Of a stretch of DNA of 64,000 nt, positions 12,532-25,849 are shown piece by piece. The position numbers and the translations under genes were made by a program. Location of the stretch: positions 1-64,000 of the forward strand of contig CT868668.1 in assembly GCA_000165425.1 (NCBI GenBank), given 5' to 3'. Position 1 is the first letter of the stretch, and every line of letters begins with the position of its first letter. Under the pieces are notes generated by a model. That model saw nothing but the letters and a program-made list of their open reading frames with translations, made no database searches and had not been told where the DNA came from. This DNA comes from Paramecium tetraurelia (Eukaryota).

Positions 12532-13753
12532 ATGGGAGCATGTTGTAATACTCAATAAACAATTCAAAGTCTAATGCCTAGTTTTGAATTCTCATTCTTG
12601 TCTGTTTATACAAAAAATGCAGTAATAATCTAGAGAGCGTACAGATGTATTCAATTTCTTATAAAAATAGAGTATTAAAAAAGGAAGCGAAGATCGATAA
12701 TACCTATCTCAATGACGAACGATAGTCAAAGAAGCCATTAAGAACATGTTGAAAATACAATAATCCCTGCATAACCTCCTTAGGAAAGTGCTAAAATAGA
12801 GTAAATCGAGGAAGTGGCTGTCACAGTGGATCATTCTCCTGCGAATGGATAGAAATTAGATAGAAAATAAAGTGACTATCCTGCTAGTATACATTAAATC
12901 ATTTTTCGGATTGGGAATTTTAATTATAAGGAGTTTTTAAAACAAGAGAGTTAGTATTATGATGAAGATGATTTAAATGTCCCCTTCTTGGACCCATATC
13001 AATTACCAGATGAGACCATTTATATAGGGTAATGGAAATTAGGTAAGAGACATGGTAAAGGGAGGGCGATATTTAAGGATAAAAGTGTGTATGAAGGATT
13101 TTGGAAGGATGATCAAATGAATGGTTAAGGAAGGCTGATATTTGAAAATGGAGACTATTATTAGGGAGAATTCAAGGGGAACAAGGCGAATGGGTATGGA
13201 AAATAAATTACTTCCAAAGGATACTAATATGAGGGCAATTGGATTAATGATAAGTAATAGGGGGAGGGCATTGAGAGATTCCCTGATGGCACAAACTTTA
13301 AGGGAAGATTCATAGACGGGATGAAGACAGGATTTGGTGAATTCAATTTCTCAGATGGATCCAAGTATTAGTTCAGCTAAAACAAGGTATAAAGGATCAA
13401 TTGTTAATAATAAATTTAATGGGAAAGGAACGTTTTATTTTTCTGATGGCCGTAAGTATGATGGACAATGGAAAGAAAACTTGATGGATGGCTATGGTAC
13501 ATTCACTTGGCCTGATGGTAGATCTTACGATGGATATGTAATATATATTATAATAATGACAAAGTATGTCAAAGATAAAAAGCATGGTTTTGGTGATTTC
13601 ACATATACAGATGGGTCAATGTACAAAGGCAATTGGGTGGATGGCAAAGAACATGGATAAGGGACATTTTACTCTAAGAGTGGTTTATTTAGAGAAGGTG
13701 AATGGGAAAATGGAAAAAGAATTAAATGGACGTCACCTTACTAAACTTAATGA
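12532..13753 (+). CDS. MORN-repeat protein with N-terminal acylation motif (MGACC) and IQ-like motif
   Basis: MGACC start, NAVIIQRAYR, repeated YxGxW/FxxxxxHGxG MORN units; two tiny introns (~13366-13387, 13538-13564). Confidence 0.9.
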
Positions 13754-14031
13754 TTATAGATACTTAGTTTGATTTTAAATTGAATTATATATTATTTTAA
13801 TATCAAATGTCTGGATATTTATTTTAGTAATTTTAATTAATCTTATTAGAGATGTAAATATCCAACAAGCTTTATTCTTTTGTCTGTTTCTATCATATCA
13901 TCCAATTTATTAATTCATTAGAACAATGGTAAAAATGCAGAAATCACATTTTAAAGAATATGTGATAGACTTATGTGAGTGATTTTAAAGTGTAAAATAT
14001 GAAATAGTAAGATATTAATATTTATTTAAAA

Positions 14032-14832
14032 ATGAAAAAATTCATACCTGCTATTGCATTGATCTCCGTCACTTATGCTGAATTAACTTTCAATGCTAAT
14101 AATAGATGCACTTGTGATGATTTAACAACATAATAGGATTGTTCAAAATCCTATCCATAGTGCATTTGGGACGAATAAGGCAGTTCTTGTTCAACTGTAA
14201 CTTGTTCATCCCTTATTGATCAAACAAATTGTGCCTTAAATGAGAAATGTATGTGGAGTGGCAAAGGATGTGTTGAATTTACATTTTGCAATTAATTAAA
14301 AGGATACAGTTAAAGAGACTGCTTTAAATAATCAATCAACTGTCCATAATCAGATGGTAAGATCTGCGCTGGCTCTCAAGCCTTAAAATCTTGTTCCTCC
14401 TATTCAGATCAAGAAACCTGTGATAAAACAATTTCTTCCAGTGGAATTTGCGATTGGAGCGATAGTGGATGTTCATCAATCACAAGTTGTGGCCAATTGA
14501 ATTCAAAAAACTGTTTTAGGGGTGGAGATGCATGCATATGGAATATTACCTCCAATACTTGTACAGAAGACAGTTGTAATTAGTTTCAAAGCAAATCTAC
14601 TTGCAAATACTATCAAACCTAACTTGATGAATTAGTCTTTTAATTGTGCGAATGGGATGCTACCAATAGTAAATGCAATGATGCCAATGACACATCTGCA
14701 CTCACCGAAAATACTTGTTACAATCAAACCCTATACACTCACAGATGGTCAAGCAGTTCAAACTCATGCTAGGCTTGTGAAGGTAAAATAATTTATATGG
14801 TAATCATGGCCATTTTAATCATTATGATTTGA
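14032..14832 (+). CDS. Single-module Cys-rich surface protein (mini-antigen-like, 266 aa, 28 Cys)
   Basis: MKKFIPAIALISVTYA signal, RCTC...TCYNQTLYTHRWSSSSNSCQAC, hydrophobic tail IIYMVIMAILIIMI-TGA; intronless, 801 nt. Confidence 0.92.
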
Positions 14833-14916
14833 AATATAGATAAACATTAGGAATATAATAAATATATATTTATTCAAATTAAGTATTTTTTTTAATTAAA
14901 TTATTTTTTTACAAAA

Positions 14917-16087
14917 ATGGAATCCATGATGATGCCATACAAGAAGAGAATACTCAAAGCCACAACTCTATTCTTGACTTGCACTTTCATTCTCATTCTG
15001 GATATGTTTTTCAAAGAACCCTTATAAGCTTTTGAAGTCTCAGCACTCATAACAATATAAGATGGAATGGGACTCAAAGGTCACATCATTGAATCTATAC
15101 CATTTTTCTTGCTTGCAAATATCTAAGAACAATATGTATTTTTATTGATAACAATGCATGTGTTGAGTGCCATCTATTTTTTACATGATCGCTTTATTGC
15201 CATCAAATGCATGTTTGTCCTATATTTTGGATGGTACTTTTTAATGCTTTTATAAATGATTTACAATTTGCCATAACCTTTTTGGGTTGATTCTGACATC
15301 GATACCTACTTTTGCGATTAAAAATATGGAGGCCCTGGAGATTCAATCTACTTGCCTGCGCTTTTCATATTTACACTACTCTATTATAATGAATGCTAAC
15401 TAAAAGCTTACATAATTGCTTCAGCTTCTCTATTGTTCTATTGCTTTGCTGTTTATATTTCAGCCTAGGTGTTTTTAATGGATTTGGTTTTGGGGTTTGT
15501 TTACTTTATGCTTTTTTATGCTTTTGTATTAAATTATGATAAAAAAATTACAACCCTCATAAAATCGAAAGACACTGATAAGCTCTTTGGAATGAAGGTT
15601 CTGGGAGCAGTGTCTTTTCTATTCATCATAGCACTTATTTACTATACATTAAAAGACTACACTGATAGCATTGAATGGATTACTAATTATTTTACTTGTT
15701 ATATGAGACAATTCACTGTCGGAGATTGTAAATTTACATTTATATTTAGATTAACATTATAGATTTAACACCATCTTAGGGTTGGAACCCACCTTTTGTT
15801 AGATAACAATCCTTATTTGTTTAGTGGTCATGGGTTTCATTCCTCTGCCAAAAAACAAAGCTACTTAGAAATAGTTTATTATTATTCAATTGGCCTTCAT
15901 TCCAGGATGGCTAATAATGTTTTTATAAGGTTTTGTGACTGAAATTGATGTATTGCATAGAATGGGATTGAGTCAACTAATCATAGAATCTTTTATATTC
16001 GGATTGATGCATTGGTGGATCTTTGGGTTCGTTGGAGTAAAGGCAACAAAATCAATTGTTACTGATGAATATTTGTTATTAGAATGA
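14917..16087 (+). CDS. Multi-pass membrane protein, PAP2/glucose-6-phosphatase-like with degenerate catalytic motifs
   Basis: LQMIYNLPQPFW..FCDQKYGGPGDS..AVYISAQVFLMDLVLG align by eye with the PAP2 C1-C3 motifs; many hydrophobic helices; intron ~15728-15749. Confidence 0.7.
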
Positions 16088-16203
16088 TAGGATGTTAATT
16101 AATTAATTTATTTACATTTTTTCTATCTCTATTTGATAATAATTACTGTGAATATACTTTTCTTTCATTAATTTATACAATTAAAAAATTCTCTATTGCA
16201 ATA

Positions 16204-17419
16204 ATGACTCAAGAATTTACTTTCCAAAGAATATCTACTTCTTAAATGTAAACAGAAGACTTGAAAAAAAAGTATATTCTCTAAAAGATTTTAGGCTATG
16301 GTCGCTATGGGTATGTTTTTATTCTTATTCTTAGAACTGTATATAAAGGTGTAAATTAACGCACCCAAGAAACAGTTGCTATCAAAGAATTGCGCCATAG
16401 CATTGATGATCAAGGGGTTTCTATATTATTTAATTCAAGATTAATGCACAGGCCTTAAGAGAAATTGAAATACTTAAATCCATCTAATGTCAACAAATCG
16501 TCTCCTTTAAAGATTTAGCTCATGGATAGAACAAAATTTACATAATTATGGAATATATGGAGGAGGACTTACTTACAGCCTTAAAAAGAAATACCTTCTC
16601 AGAACAACAAGCCAAAATGATCATGTTTTAAGTGCTTTAAGGCTTGGCCTACCTACACAACAAAGGAATCATCCATAGAGATATCAAACGTAAGATCTTA
16701 TTCAACCTTTTTAGCTAACAATATTTTAAATAGAAATTTGGAAATCAAAATTTGTGATTTGGGAATGGCTCAAAATTTAAAAAAACTTAAGCCACAAACA
16801 ATCCGAATTCAAAATCATTCTTACAGGGCTCCAGAAGTGTTCCTTGGTTTATTAAATGACTAATATTAGGTTAAAAATATTGCTCTAAGGTTGATGTTTG
16901 GTCGGCAGGTGTGCTATTTATTTAATTGCTCTTCAAAGACAATCTTTTCGAAGGGTCTTCTGATTACGCAAGTTTTCAATAGATCCTTAAATACTGTGGA
17001 ACTCCCTAGGAAGGTAACTTTGTTAAAGATAATATAGAAAATTGGAACGGAGTGACTTCGCTCAAAAATTACTCTACTTTCATAAAAGAAGATCCACAAC
17101 CAAGAACACTTAAAGCCATACTTGAGAAAAAAATGTCTCCATCACTAATCAATCTTGTTGATTCCATGCTTACTCTTGATCCTTCTTAAAGAATAACTGC
17201 TTAGGATGCTCTTTAGCATCCTTATTTTTGTGGAATGAATATTCAAAGGTATTATATCTTATTTAACCCTTATTACACAGATGCCTTCATACAATTTAGG
17301 CAAGCAGAAAAAAAGTCAAAACTGAATAAAATACTAAAACAGATGTCTTTAACTATCCTAACGGAAACAAAATCATTGTAGTTTCGTAAATCTTCCAAAA
17401 AAGCTAAAATTGCTTTTGA
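16204..17419 (+). CDS. CDK-like (CMGC) Ser/Thr kinase
   Basis: LGYGRYG, TVAIKEL, INAQALREIEIL (PSTAIRE position), HRDIK, KICDLGMA, SYRAPE, RITAQDALQHPYF; about 5 tiny introns. Confidence 0.88.
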
Positions 17420-18479
17420 TTACTTCATTAATTTTGTTTTCTCTTAACTCTGTTTATTAAATTATTATAATTTTCATGCGTTTTTCATAATTTATAATAA
17501 CAAAAAATAAAAATTTGTTTACAATCAAATAAAAAATCAGATTAAACATTCTGATATTGATAGAAGCCATAAAATTGATATAACAAGGCACTTTTGATAA
17601 TAATCGATACCATTTGCATTTCTTAAGAATTTATCAACTCTAAGATTGATAATATTGCATTTCCCTTTGTTAGCCTCTATGACATATGCGAATTAGTTTA
17701 TTCAAAGTCATCATTGATTTCAGCTAGTATTTTTAATATAAAAAAAAATATATAAAAAATAATAAACATTATTATAAAAACCTCAATATAAAAATTAATA
17801 TATAATATAAATCTAATACTTATTTGATATTAATTTTTTAATAAGTACAAAAATTAAAAATACTTCATGTGTTTTTAAAAAAGGTGTAAAGAATTATGAT
17901 GAGAGTTTTTAAAAACCAAAAATATACCCTTGAACTTCTTAAATAGACTTGAATTATAAGAATAACTTGATATACAATTTATAGAATTTGTTCGTTTTTT
18001 TTCCTTAAAAATTCATAGATTATTCGTTTGTAATTTTAAATTTGATTTATCTTATTTAAATTTAATTAAATCAATTGATTATTCTAGCAATCCCATTTAT
18101 ATTAAACTTAGAATGAAAAAATATAAATTTTTGATTTCTAAACTAACTGAAAGCAAATTTGTAACCCGAAGGAATTGGCTCCTCATTTAATATGATTATT
18201 GTAAGTACTAATACTGTTGATAATTTATTATATATTTTATTTCAAACAGGTTTCTTAAGAGAAAGATATAATAAGTTAGTTCAACATATTTTTAAGAAAA
18301 AGTTCTCTGTATTGCGTTTATGTTTCGCAATCGTAATTCAAAAAAGTCAGAGAGGGCTGATTATACATTGTCAAACTAGTCGAATGGGAAAGAAATGTAA
18401 ATGCACTTTTATGCAACTATTATTTTGAAATATTTGTATATAAATGTATTACTCGATGTATTATATATATATATTTTGA

Positions 18480-19250
18480 TCAATTATAATCTGAAGGGAA
18501 GCTTGCATGAATATCACTAAATGTTTAGGATAGATTGCCAATAAAATTTGACAACAAGTCTTCTGCTTCTGGAAAAAGTTTAAGTTGGATTAGTTCATCA
18601 AACATGAAGGGAGAGGATTCTTGGGTCATGATTGGAATCAATTCTTCGGATGATGGGTTCAGGTATTAATATTATCTAAGAAATGATAAATTAATTGTTA
18701 TACATTCCAAGAACTTGATCCCATCTAAATCTTAATGATTTATAATATCTATTTTTTAGCATGTTGGTTGATTTCCCTGGGAAGTATCTTGCGAACTTGT
18801 GGAACTTAGGTCCCTTCCTTAAAATATAGTTCAACAATCTTTAATCTTCTTCTAATGTAAATTGCTTTCCTCTATTCTTTTGCTTCTTCCTTCTCATATC
18901 CTTCTCTCTCTTCACAGTATAGCGTATTAATCTGTTTTTTGAATCATCAGAGGCTTTGGTTATCGATTTATAATTATTATTCTTCAATTTATGCGAATAA
19001 ACGCTGTCCAAATTTTCAGTTATATCACCAATCGCTAGATAACTAACAAAATAGTACAATTATTGTCTAAACGACTCAAGCTGGATGACTAGGTATCATA
19101 AACTTGGTTTTCAAAATTTGAATTCAGTTAAATGGATTAATAGGGCTACTATTAAATTCTTCCTTATTCTCTATTACTTTCACTCTCATCCATTAGAGAG
19201 CATATGTTGAATCTTTTTGATTTTCTGATGAGCTTAACTGTCATATTCAT
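18480..19250 (-). CDS. Myb-like HTH protein (paralog 1)
   Basis: FTLEEDQRLLNYILRKGPKFHKFARYFPGKSTNMLKNRYYKSLRFRWDQVLG, then a phase-2 intron; start uncertain (19250 or 19193). Confidence 0.82.
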
Positions 19251-19332
19251 TGGTGTTAATTAAGATATAAATAAATCTGATTATTAATCTCAAACATCTC
19301 AAACTTAAATTGTAATAAATCTTAATTTTTTA

Positions 19333-20262
19333 ATGTTTCCACATTTCCTAATTAAAAAGAAGTTGCTTCCAAGAATCGGTCAAAATTCAATGACTACACC
19401 ACAAGTGTTAAGTATTTGTTAAAGATTATTCTCTGTAGATTCTGACAATAAAAATTTTGATTATAGAGATTCCTCAAATTTACTTCTTTCAATTGATATT
19501 TGCTTATTCTATGATTATTTCTAATTAAGTTGAACTCTTTTCTCTAAATAGAAATCATAAAAACGAAGAGACTTTTAAACATTAAATCAATGCGAATATT
19601 AATTAAAGGGTTTATTACAATTATTATACTTTATAATATTAAATTGAAATGAATTGAAAATATCTTTTTATGAAAACCAGAAAGTACAATAAAAAGTACT
19701 TATATTTTGTTAACAGTCCTTAATAATATAAATCTTCATCTAAAAAATGAAAGCTACCTCTTGTAGACCTAGTTTCAAAACCATAAATTATATCAGATTA
19801 AATTGTAACTTATTCTAAAGAAGAATTAATATCTCCTATTTTCAGAATTGAGTAGAGAAATAACATATAAAAAAGTAAAAACGACAATATTTTTTAAATA
19901 TTTTTTAGGGTTTATTATTGGTATTTTAATTAGCTTATTAACCAAAATTGAGGTTTAATAAAAAAGAATTTATTACTTTATTGTAGTGTTATAAAACAGA
20001 CCATAATGATCTTATTAGACATCTGTTAATTATTCATTTTGCTGACATAATGCTTTATAATAGTCTAAGAGATGGAAAAATTATTCCATCTTTTTTATAT
20101 ATAATTATTTCTAACATCAACATTACAGAATGTGAAGAGTATACTTATATTCAAGAAACAGATGATAAGGAGTTAAAGCTGTTTATAGAAATCATTAAAA
20201 CAAGAGACAAATTGTAATTATTAATTAGATATAAAGCTATAAGAAATTTATACAATTATTGA
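19333..20262 (+). CDS. Hypothetical protein (model unresolved)
   Basis: ATG 19333 MFPHFLIKKKLLPRIG and coding-like stretches to ~20230; splice structure not resolved. Confidence 0.3.
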
Positions 20263-20286
20263 ATATACATGAAACTTAATGAATAC

Positions 20287-20677
20287 TCAATCAAAGAGTC
20301 CTCCCATATCAACATCTTCTTCTGGTTCTTCAGCCTTCTTTGGTGGCTCAACTTTTGCTGCTGGAGCTGTTTAAGCAGCAGTTGTTGCTTATGGTGCAGG
20401 AGCAGAGCTTTATTCTTAATATTTATAAATTAGAATTACATGCTCCTCCTCCTACTGACAAACTTGTCAATTGCTTTTACCCTTCTTTAATAACATCGTT
20501 CAAATTTTTTCCTTTTAATGTACTAACCACATTCTTAACATCTGCAGCAACCGATTCAACTCCAGCTTCTTTAAGTAATTTTGTAATATCGTCCTCAGCT
20601 AAATATTTATGATTTTTAATACTTGGGGCATTGTTTCCTCCTAAAACGAGTAAAGCATAAGCAGCAATGTACTTCAT
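20287..20677 (-). CDS. RPLP2: 60S acidic ribosomal protein P2
   Basis: MKYIAAYALLVLGGN..EDDITKLLKEAGVE..LKGKNLNDVIKEG..EEPEEDVDMGGLFD-TGA; two tiny introns. Confidence 0.96.
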
Positions 20678-20899
20678 TAATGCAATTATTTAAAAATTAT
20701 TTTTAAAAAAGATGCCAAAAGATTATTCTTTATTTATAATATCTTCTAAATATCAAGAAAAAGGTTAATATCTATTCATTTGCCTTCTAGGTGCAGACTT
20801 TTGAATTATGCTATGAAATCAGATTTTGTTGGACAAAGAACAATAACCAATTCAGTTCTTTGAATAAAAGAGTGTCTTCTTGAAAATGTAATTATTAAA

Positions 20900-22260
20900 T
20901 TTGTTATTTAATTTACTTCTTATTTCAAAATAATTGGTCTTTCAATAATATAATAAAAATAAATTAATTCTAAGAAAAAATTGTATGGAATCGAAATAAG
21001 ACCAAAATATAAAGTACAAATAGTAATATTAGATTGGATGGATCATTCATTTTATATAATTTTGCATACAAGAAATTAATTTTAATTGCTGGCAATCATA
21101 TTTCAAAGAAGTCAAGATAAAATATACTCATACTTTGTTTAAAATTTCTTAGAGTTTTTTTTAATTGGCAGCCTATTAAAATAGAGCTTATCCTATTCTT
21201 TAGCTTATATAATGATAGTCATTTCATTTTTATCTCAAACGATTCTATTTCTATTATTATGCTCTTCTACTGTAATTATACACTGCTAATATGATCAAGA
21301 GTAGCGAAAAAGGTAATTTAAAAAGCGATATTTAAAATTGGATGATATAATCAATGAACTTTTCCATTGGATACTCGTTATTTATCCAGTAATTTACTTA
21401 TATATTGCTGTATTGTCATTTAGTTCTTTATCATGTAATTTATTAAGTTTGATTCCATTCAAAGAAAGTGAAACCATCTCTTTAGTTTTAATATCATTAT
21501 TTAATGGATAAATTTAGATATATACTATGAGGAATCATAGTTTTAATGAAATCAATTCTCTAAAAAGAAGATCTCAAGTTTGTTACTCTTTAACAATACA
21601 ATAATAATGGCTGTTATATTTTTTCACTATAATTATGAAGTTGTAAGAAATTTAGTTGGATTTTTCTGACTCGATTATATTCAGTAATTATCCTTATAGA
21701 GATCCAAATTAGATTACCAGCAATGACAAATACCTTCATAAAATTTTGGATTTTAGCAGTCTTGACAATTTATAGATTACATCTCAAATTGAAGAACAAT
21801 AATTATTCTTTCTTCTGGCAAATATATCTATCAATTTTGAACTAGAGTTAAGAAAGCCAGATTAAATTTCAATAAATTATAAGGATTCATAGATACCATT
21901 GCAAGAATAAAAATGTTATTCAAAAGATTTAAAATTTAGACAGGCAAACTTAGATTAAAAAGAAGGTCTCCATTCACCATCTTTAAGTATCATTAAATGC
22001 ATATTCAAAACAGCTCAATCATGGTTATTTAGGTTGAATATATATATTTGATTAACTGAATAAGAGCTAATTAAAAATTAGGATTTATAGTTTTTATAAT
22101 TGCAACTAAAATATATTAGTTTGTCTCTGATCTAGCATAAAACCTAAACTTGGATACTTAACTTCAAGTCTTTAATTAATGAGATTGAGCTTAACAGTTA
22201 TTACCATATGATATTTTATTAGAGCCAAAGACTTTAGGTTCACTAAAATAATTGTGATTT
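20900..22260 (+). CDS. Hypothetical membrane protein, possibly degenerate (boundaries approximate)
   Basis: Long frames with hydrophobic segments (~21130-21290, ~21360-21450) and an open frame ~21690-22030; could not be joined into one clean model. Confidence 0.3.
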
Positions 22261-22330
22261 GATTTATATAAACTACAAAATTGAATACAACTTATTTTAA
22301 CATTTATTAATCTAAACAAATAACGTTTCC

Positions 22331-22899
22331 TCAACCAATTGTTATTCCTTTTCCTGTAAAGGCAGAGTTTTTAATGGCAGGGGTCTATTGGTTTCTTTCA
22401 TTTTATTGTAGTGGCCTGCCTTTATGTATATTAATCCATACTTTCGGGATCTTCGACTGTGTAGTCCTTCTCGACTTCCAAAGCCATGAATTCTCTATAA
22501 GCTAGAAAGACAATATATTGAGCAACTATATAGAAAAGCAGCGTTGTCAAATGCAAAATTGATAAAATCTTTTCTCTTCCAGTTTCCCCCAATATGGGTA
22601 TTTCATTCTAAAAACGAGTAGCAAAATATAGCCCTTTTAATAAAATCTTGGGTAATTATGATGCATACGTAATATAAGGTTATAACAATGTAGATGAGGC
22701 ACTAACAACTTCCTAAAGAAGACCAAGCTGACCACAGTAAGATTATAAAGAAAATTTCAAACAGTTCCCCTAATTAGAATAAGGCCACTTATCTGGCAAA
22801 TAATAAAGCCAATTATATAAAAGCAATCAATTATAATTGAAAAACTGATCTCTTTCCTTAAAACGTATTTGGTTTTTTATTGTCAAATGGTAAGCACAT
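22331..22899 (-). CDS. Small ~4-TM protein with C-terminal SHP-box-like motif
   Basis: MCLPFDNKK.., four hydrophobic helices, AYREFMAL, ends AFTGKGITIG-TGA; two 22-nt introns. Confidence 0.75.
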
Positions 22900-22938
22900 A
22901 TGAATGTTGTTAATAAATATTTAAAATATAAAATAAAT

Positions 22939-25747
22939 TCAATTTCCAATTCTATTGGCATTAACTCCAAATAATGCATACTATTGCAAGTCATTTTAAT
23001 TGGCACCACCATTATATTGAGGTGCTTCTTACTCTCCGTTTTAGTCATTTTAAAGTAAGTCCTAAATTAAATGAATATTATACGATATCCTTGGCTTTTC
23101 TCATTTAAAAGTATGTTTTTTTCATCTCTTGTAAGTCTCCCTTCATTCTGTCAATTTCGAATTTCAGCATGTCAACCTTTGTTAAATTACACTATTACAT
23201 AATCTTAACTTTGCTTTAATTAACTTAGAGTTGTCTTCATTTTAGCTGCATTTTCTTTCAAAGATTCCTTATATTGAGCAAGTTATTGATGAATTTCAAC
23301 ACCTGGTTATCTTGACAATATATTTTTCAGTTCCATAAACAATTTTTCCTTTTCTTTGATTAAATTTTCCTTTTCATTTACTTCTTCAGTTTTAGCTATC
23401 AATCTTCTTTACAATGTTTAAATCTTTAGAATTCTCTCAAAGTTTTCTTAGTCGGTTGCTTCAAGCTTTCTCCATCTGTGTACATTCATTGGATTTTCCA
23501 ATTCATCTGATAAGGCTTTTACTTTGTTCTTTTCGTTTAATAATTCCTTTTCAATATTATTAATCTCCTTTCTCAACTCATCTATGCAAGCAGTTTGATC
23601 TTAGGTAGACTTATATTAAATAAAGTGCTTTTACTTTTAATTCATTTCTTAAATTAGTTAATTCATCCTTTAAGCTTTTCAATTCAATTTCTCTCTCTCT
23701 GAAATTTATTTCCCCCTTACTTAAGCTTGATTAATTTAATTTGATCTTCTCATAAAGAACCTACAATTCTTAATTCCTTTTAATCAATTAGGTTCCTAAA
23801 ATATCTCTTTCATTCACTACCATTTCATAATCCTTTTGCTATCTTTATTTTTCAGTTTAAGCTCCTTATATAATATTTTTTAATCTTGAAATATGACTTT
23901 CTTAATTTTTAATTAAATCTTCATCAGCTTTAATGTTCTTTTCAACTTTAGCCTTATCTTATTCAATTTTAGCATTTTCTTCTTCTACTTTATGAAATTC
24001 AAGATCCTCCTTTACAAGCTATTAATCCTTTGTTTTAATTTCTTCTTTCAATTAATCAACCTAATGCTTCATTCTAGTATATTTCTTTGTTAGTTCTTAG
24101 ATTTCATTATGACTCTCTAATAAATTTTTGGAATATAGATTTCTATCACTTCTGACAGTTTCATACAACTATTATTAATGCTTCAATCTAGCCTCAGCCT
24201 CAGCAATTTACTTCTATTACTCAGCTATTTAATTATTTTTTATTTTAACTTCCTCCACTGTCTAATAAAACTTAGCATGTGCTTATGAAGCCTCAATACC
24301 ATACTTCTCTTACTCTCTTTATAACTATAAGATCATTTTATTAATCCTTTCATTACTAGCTTCATATCCCATGACTTAATTTTCCACTTTCTTTAATTTA
24401 TTAACTTTATTCACTATCTCTTCATCAGTCTAATGTTGAACATCTTCTTGTTTCTTTAAAGTCTTTTGTTATTAAGTTCTTGATTTAATTCTTTGACTAT
24501 TCATTTCATTTATTTTATCCAATACATCCTTCTTCTACTATAATTCAATCTTTTCAGTTTCAATTAACATTTCTTTAGTATCTTTTTCAATTAGTTATTC
24601 TTCCTTTTCCTTTATAATTCTATTTTTTTCTTTAGCTGTGATTTCCTATTCTTTATGGGTCTTCTTCACTTCCTTCTTTTCTTTTTAGATTTCAATTTGT
24701 AATTTTTCTAATTATTCCAATTATATTTTTATTTATTCTTTATAGCTTTTTAATTGCTCCTCTTGATTTTATCTATCCTTTAAGGCAGCTGCATTATTAT
24801 CTTCAGCTTCCTTTTATTTTGTATGCTAGCTTTCTTTTTCTTTGATTTTAATTAAGATAGTATTGTTTGTAACAACTATTTATTTTTTGATATCGTGAAT
24901 CCTGGATTGCTTCTCTTCAATTTCCTTTTTTGCTAAATCAATGTTTTATTTGATATCAGCCATTTTAACTTCTTTTTTCTTCTTTCTCTTTTCTTATTCT
25001 TTTGAATCTGCATCAATTTTCGCAATTTTATCCTCCAAATCGCTAATCTTTTAAATTTAATCTGAATATTATTTCTCTTCATTGTCTAGATCATGTTTTA
25101 AATTTTTATTCTGTTATTCTAAATATTCAAATTTTGATTTAGCACTCTAGAAATCTAAAATATTTTATGTAAAACATACTCTTCTTGATTTCATCAATTA
25201 ATCTTTTCTTATCATTTAATTGTATTTAACTCTGTTCTTCAATATCTTCAACTACTCTATCGCATTATTTTTTTAACTATGTAATTATATAATTAATCTA
25301 CATTTTCAACTTCAATTTTTGCTTAAACTATTCTCTCTTTAAGTTCCTTCTCTTTAATTTTTAGATCTTCAATTCTCCTCCATTTCTCTTCTAATTCTTT
25401 TTAAAAACTTTCTGATTATTGATTGTCATCATTAATCAATTTCAATTACGTTTGAACTCGACTAGAGTATTACATTATTTCAGAATTGTGCTCTTTGCAT
25501 CTAAAATAATTCTATTGAAATACTTCTTCGTCCATCTCACTTCATTTTCATAACTTTCCTTGAGTGAATTATAGAGAGTTTCATATTTTATCTTAAATAA
25601 TTCTAAGTCTGGATCCGAACTAAAATCCCTTATTACATCTTGAAAATGCTTTTCAATTTATTGGATAACTTGTGGATCTGTTGAATATTGATCTATCTCT
25701 TTAGTCTAAGTTACCAAACTCAATCCTTCTTCTGAAGCTTTTGCCAT
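22939..25747 (-). CDS. CFAP58: Cilia- and flagella-associated protein 58 (CCDC147-like coiled coil)
   Basis: ERDILGTQLIKRNQELQVLYEKIKL and KVKALSDELENPMNVHRWRKLEATD signature; long coiled coil; several tiny introns. Confidence 0.88.
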
Positions 25748-25849
25748 TTTAATTATATAAATATTTTATATATTCTAAATAAAAAGATTTATTTTCTCTC
25801 AATTGAAATTATGATGAAAGGTAAAACATGAACCAAATACTAAATTCAT

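Noticed and set aside
17420..18479. ~1-kb very AT-rich gap as possible retained IES or mobile element
   Set aside because: No terminal repeats, transposase fragments or interrupted ORF; TA-bounded IES ends cannot be told from background by eye.
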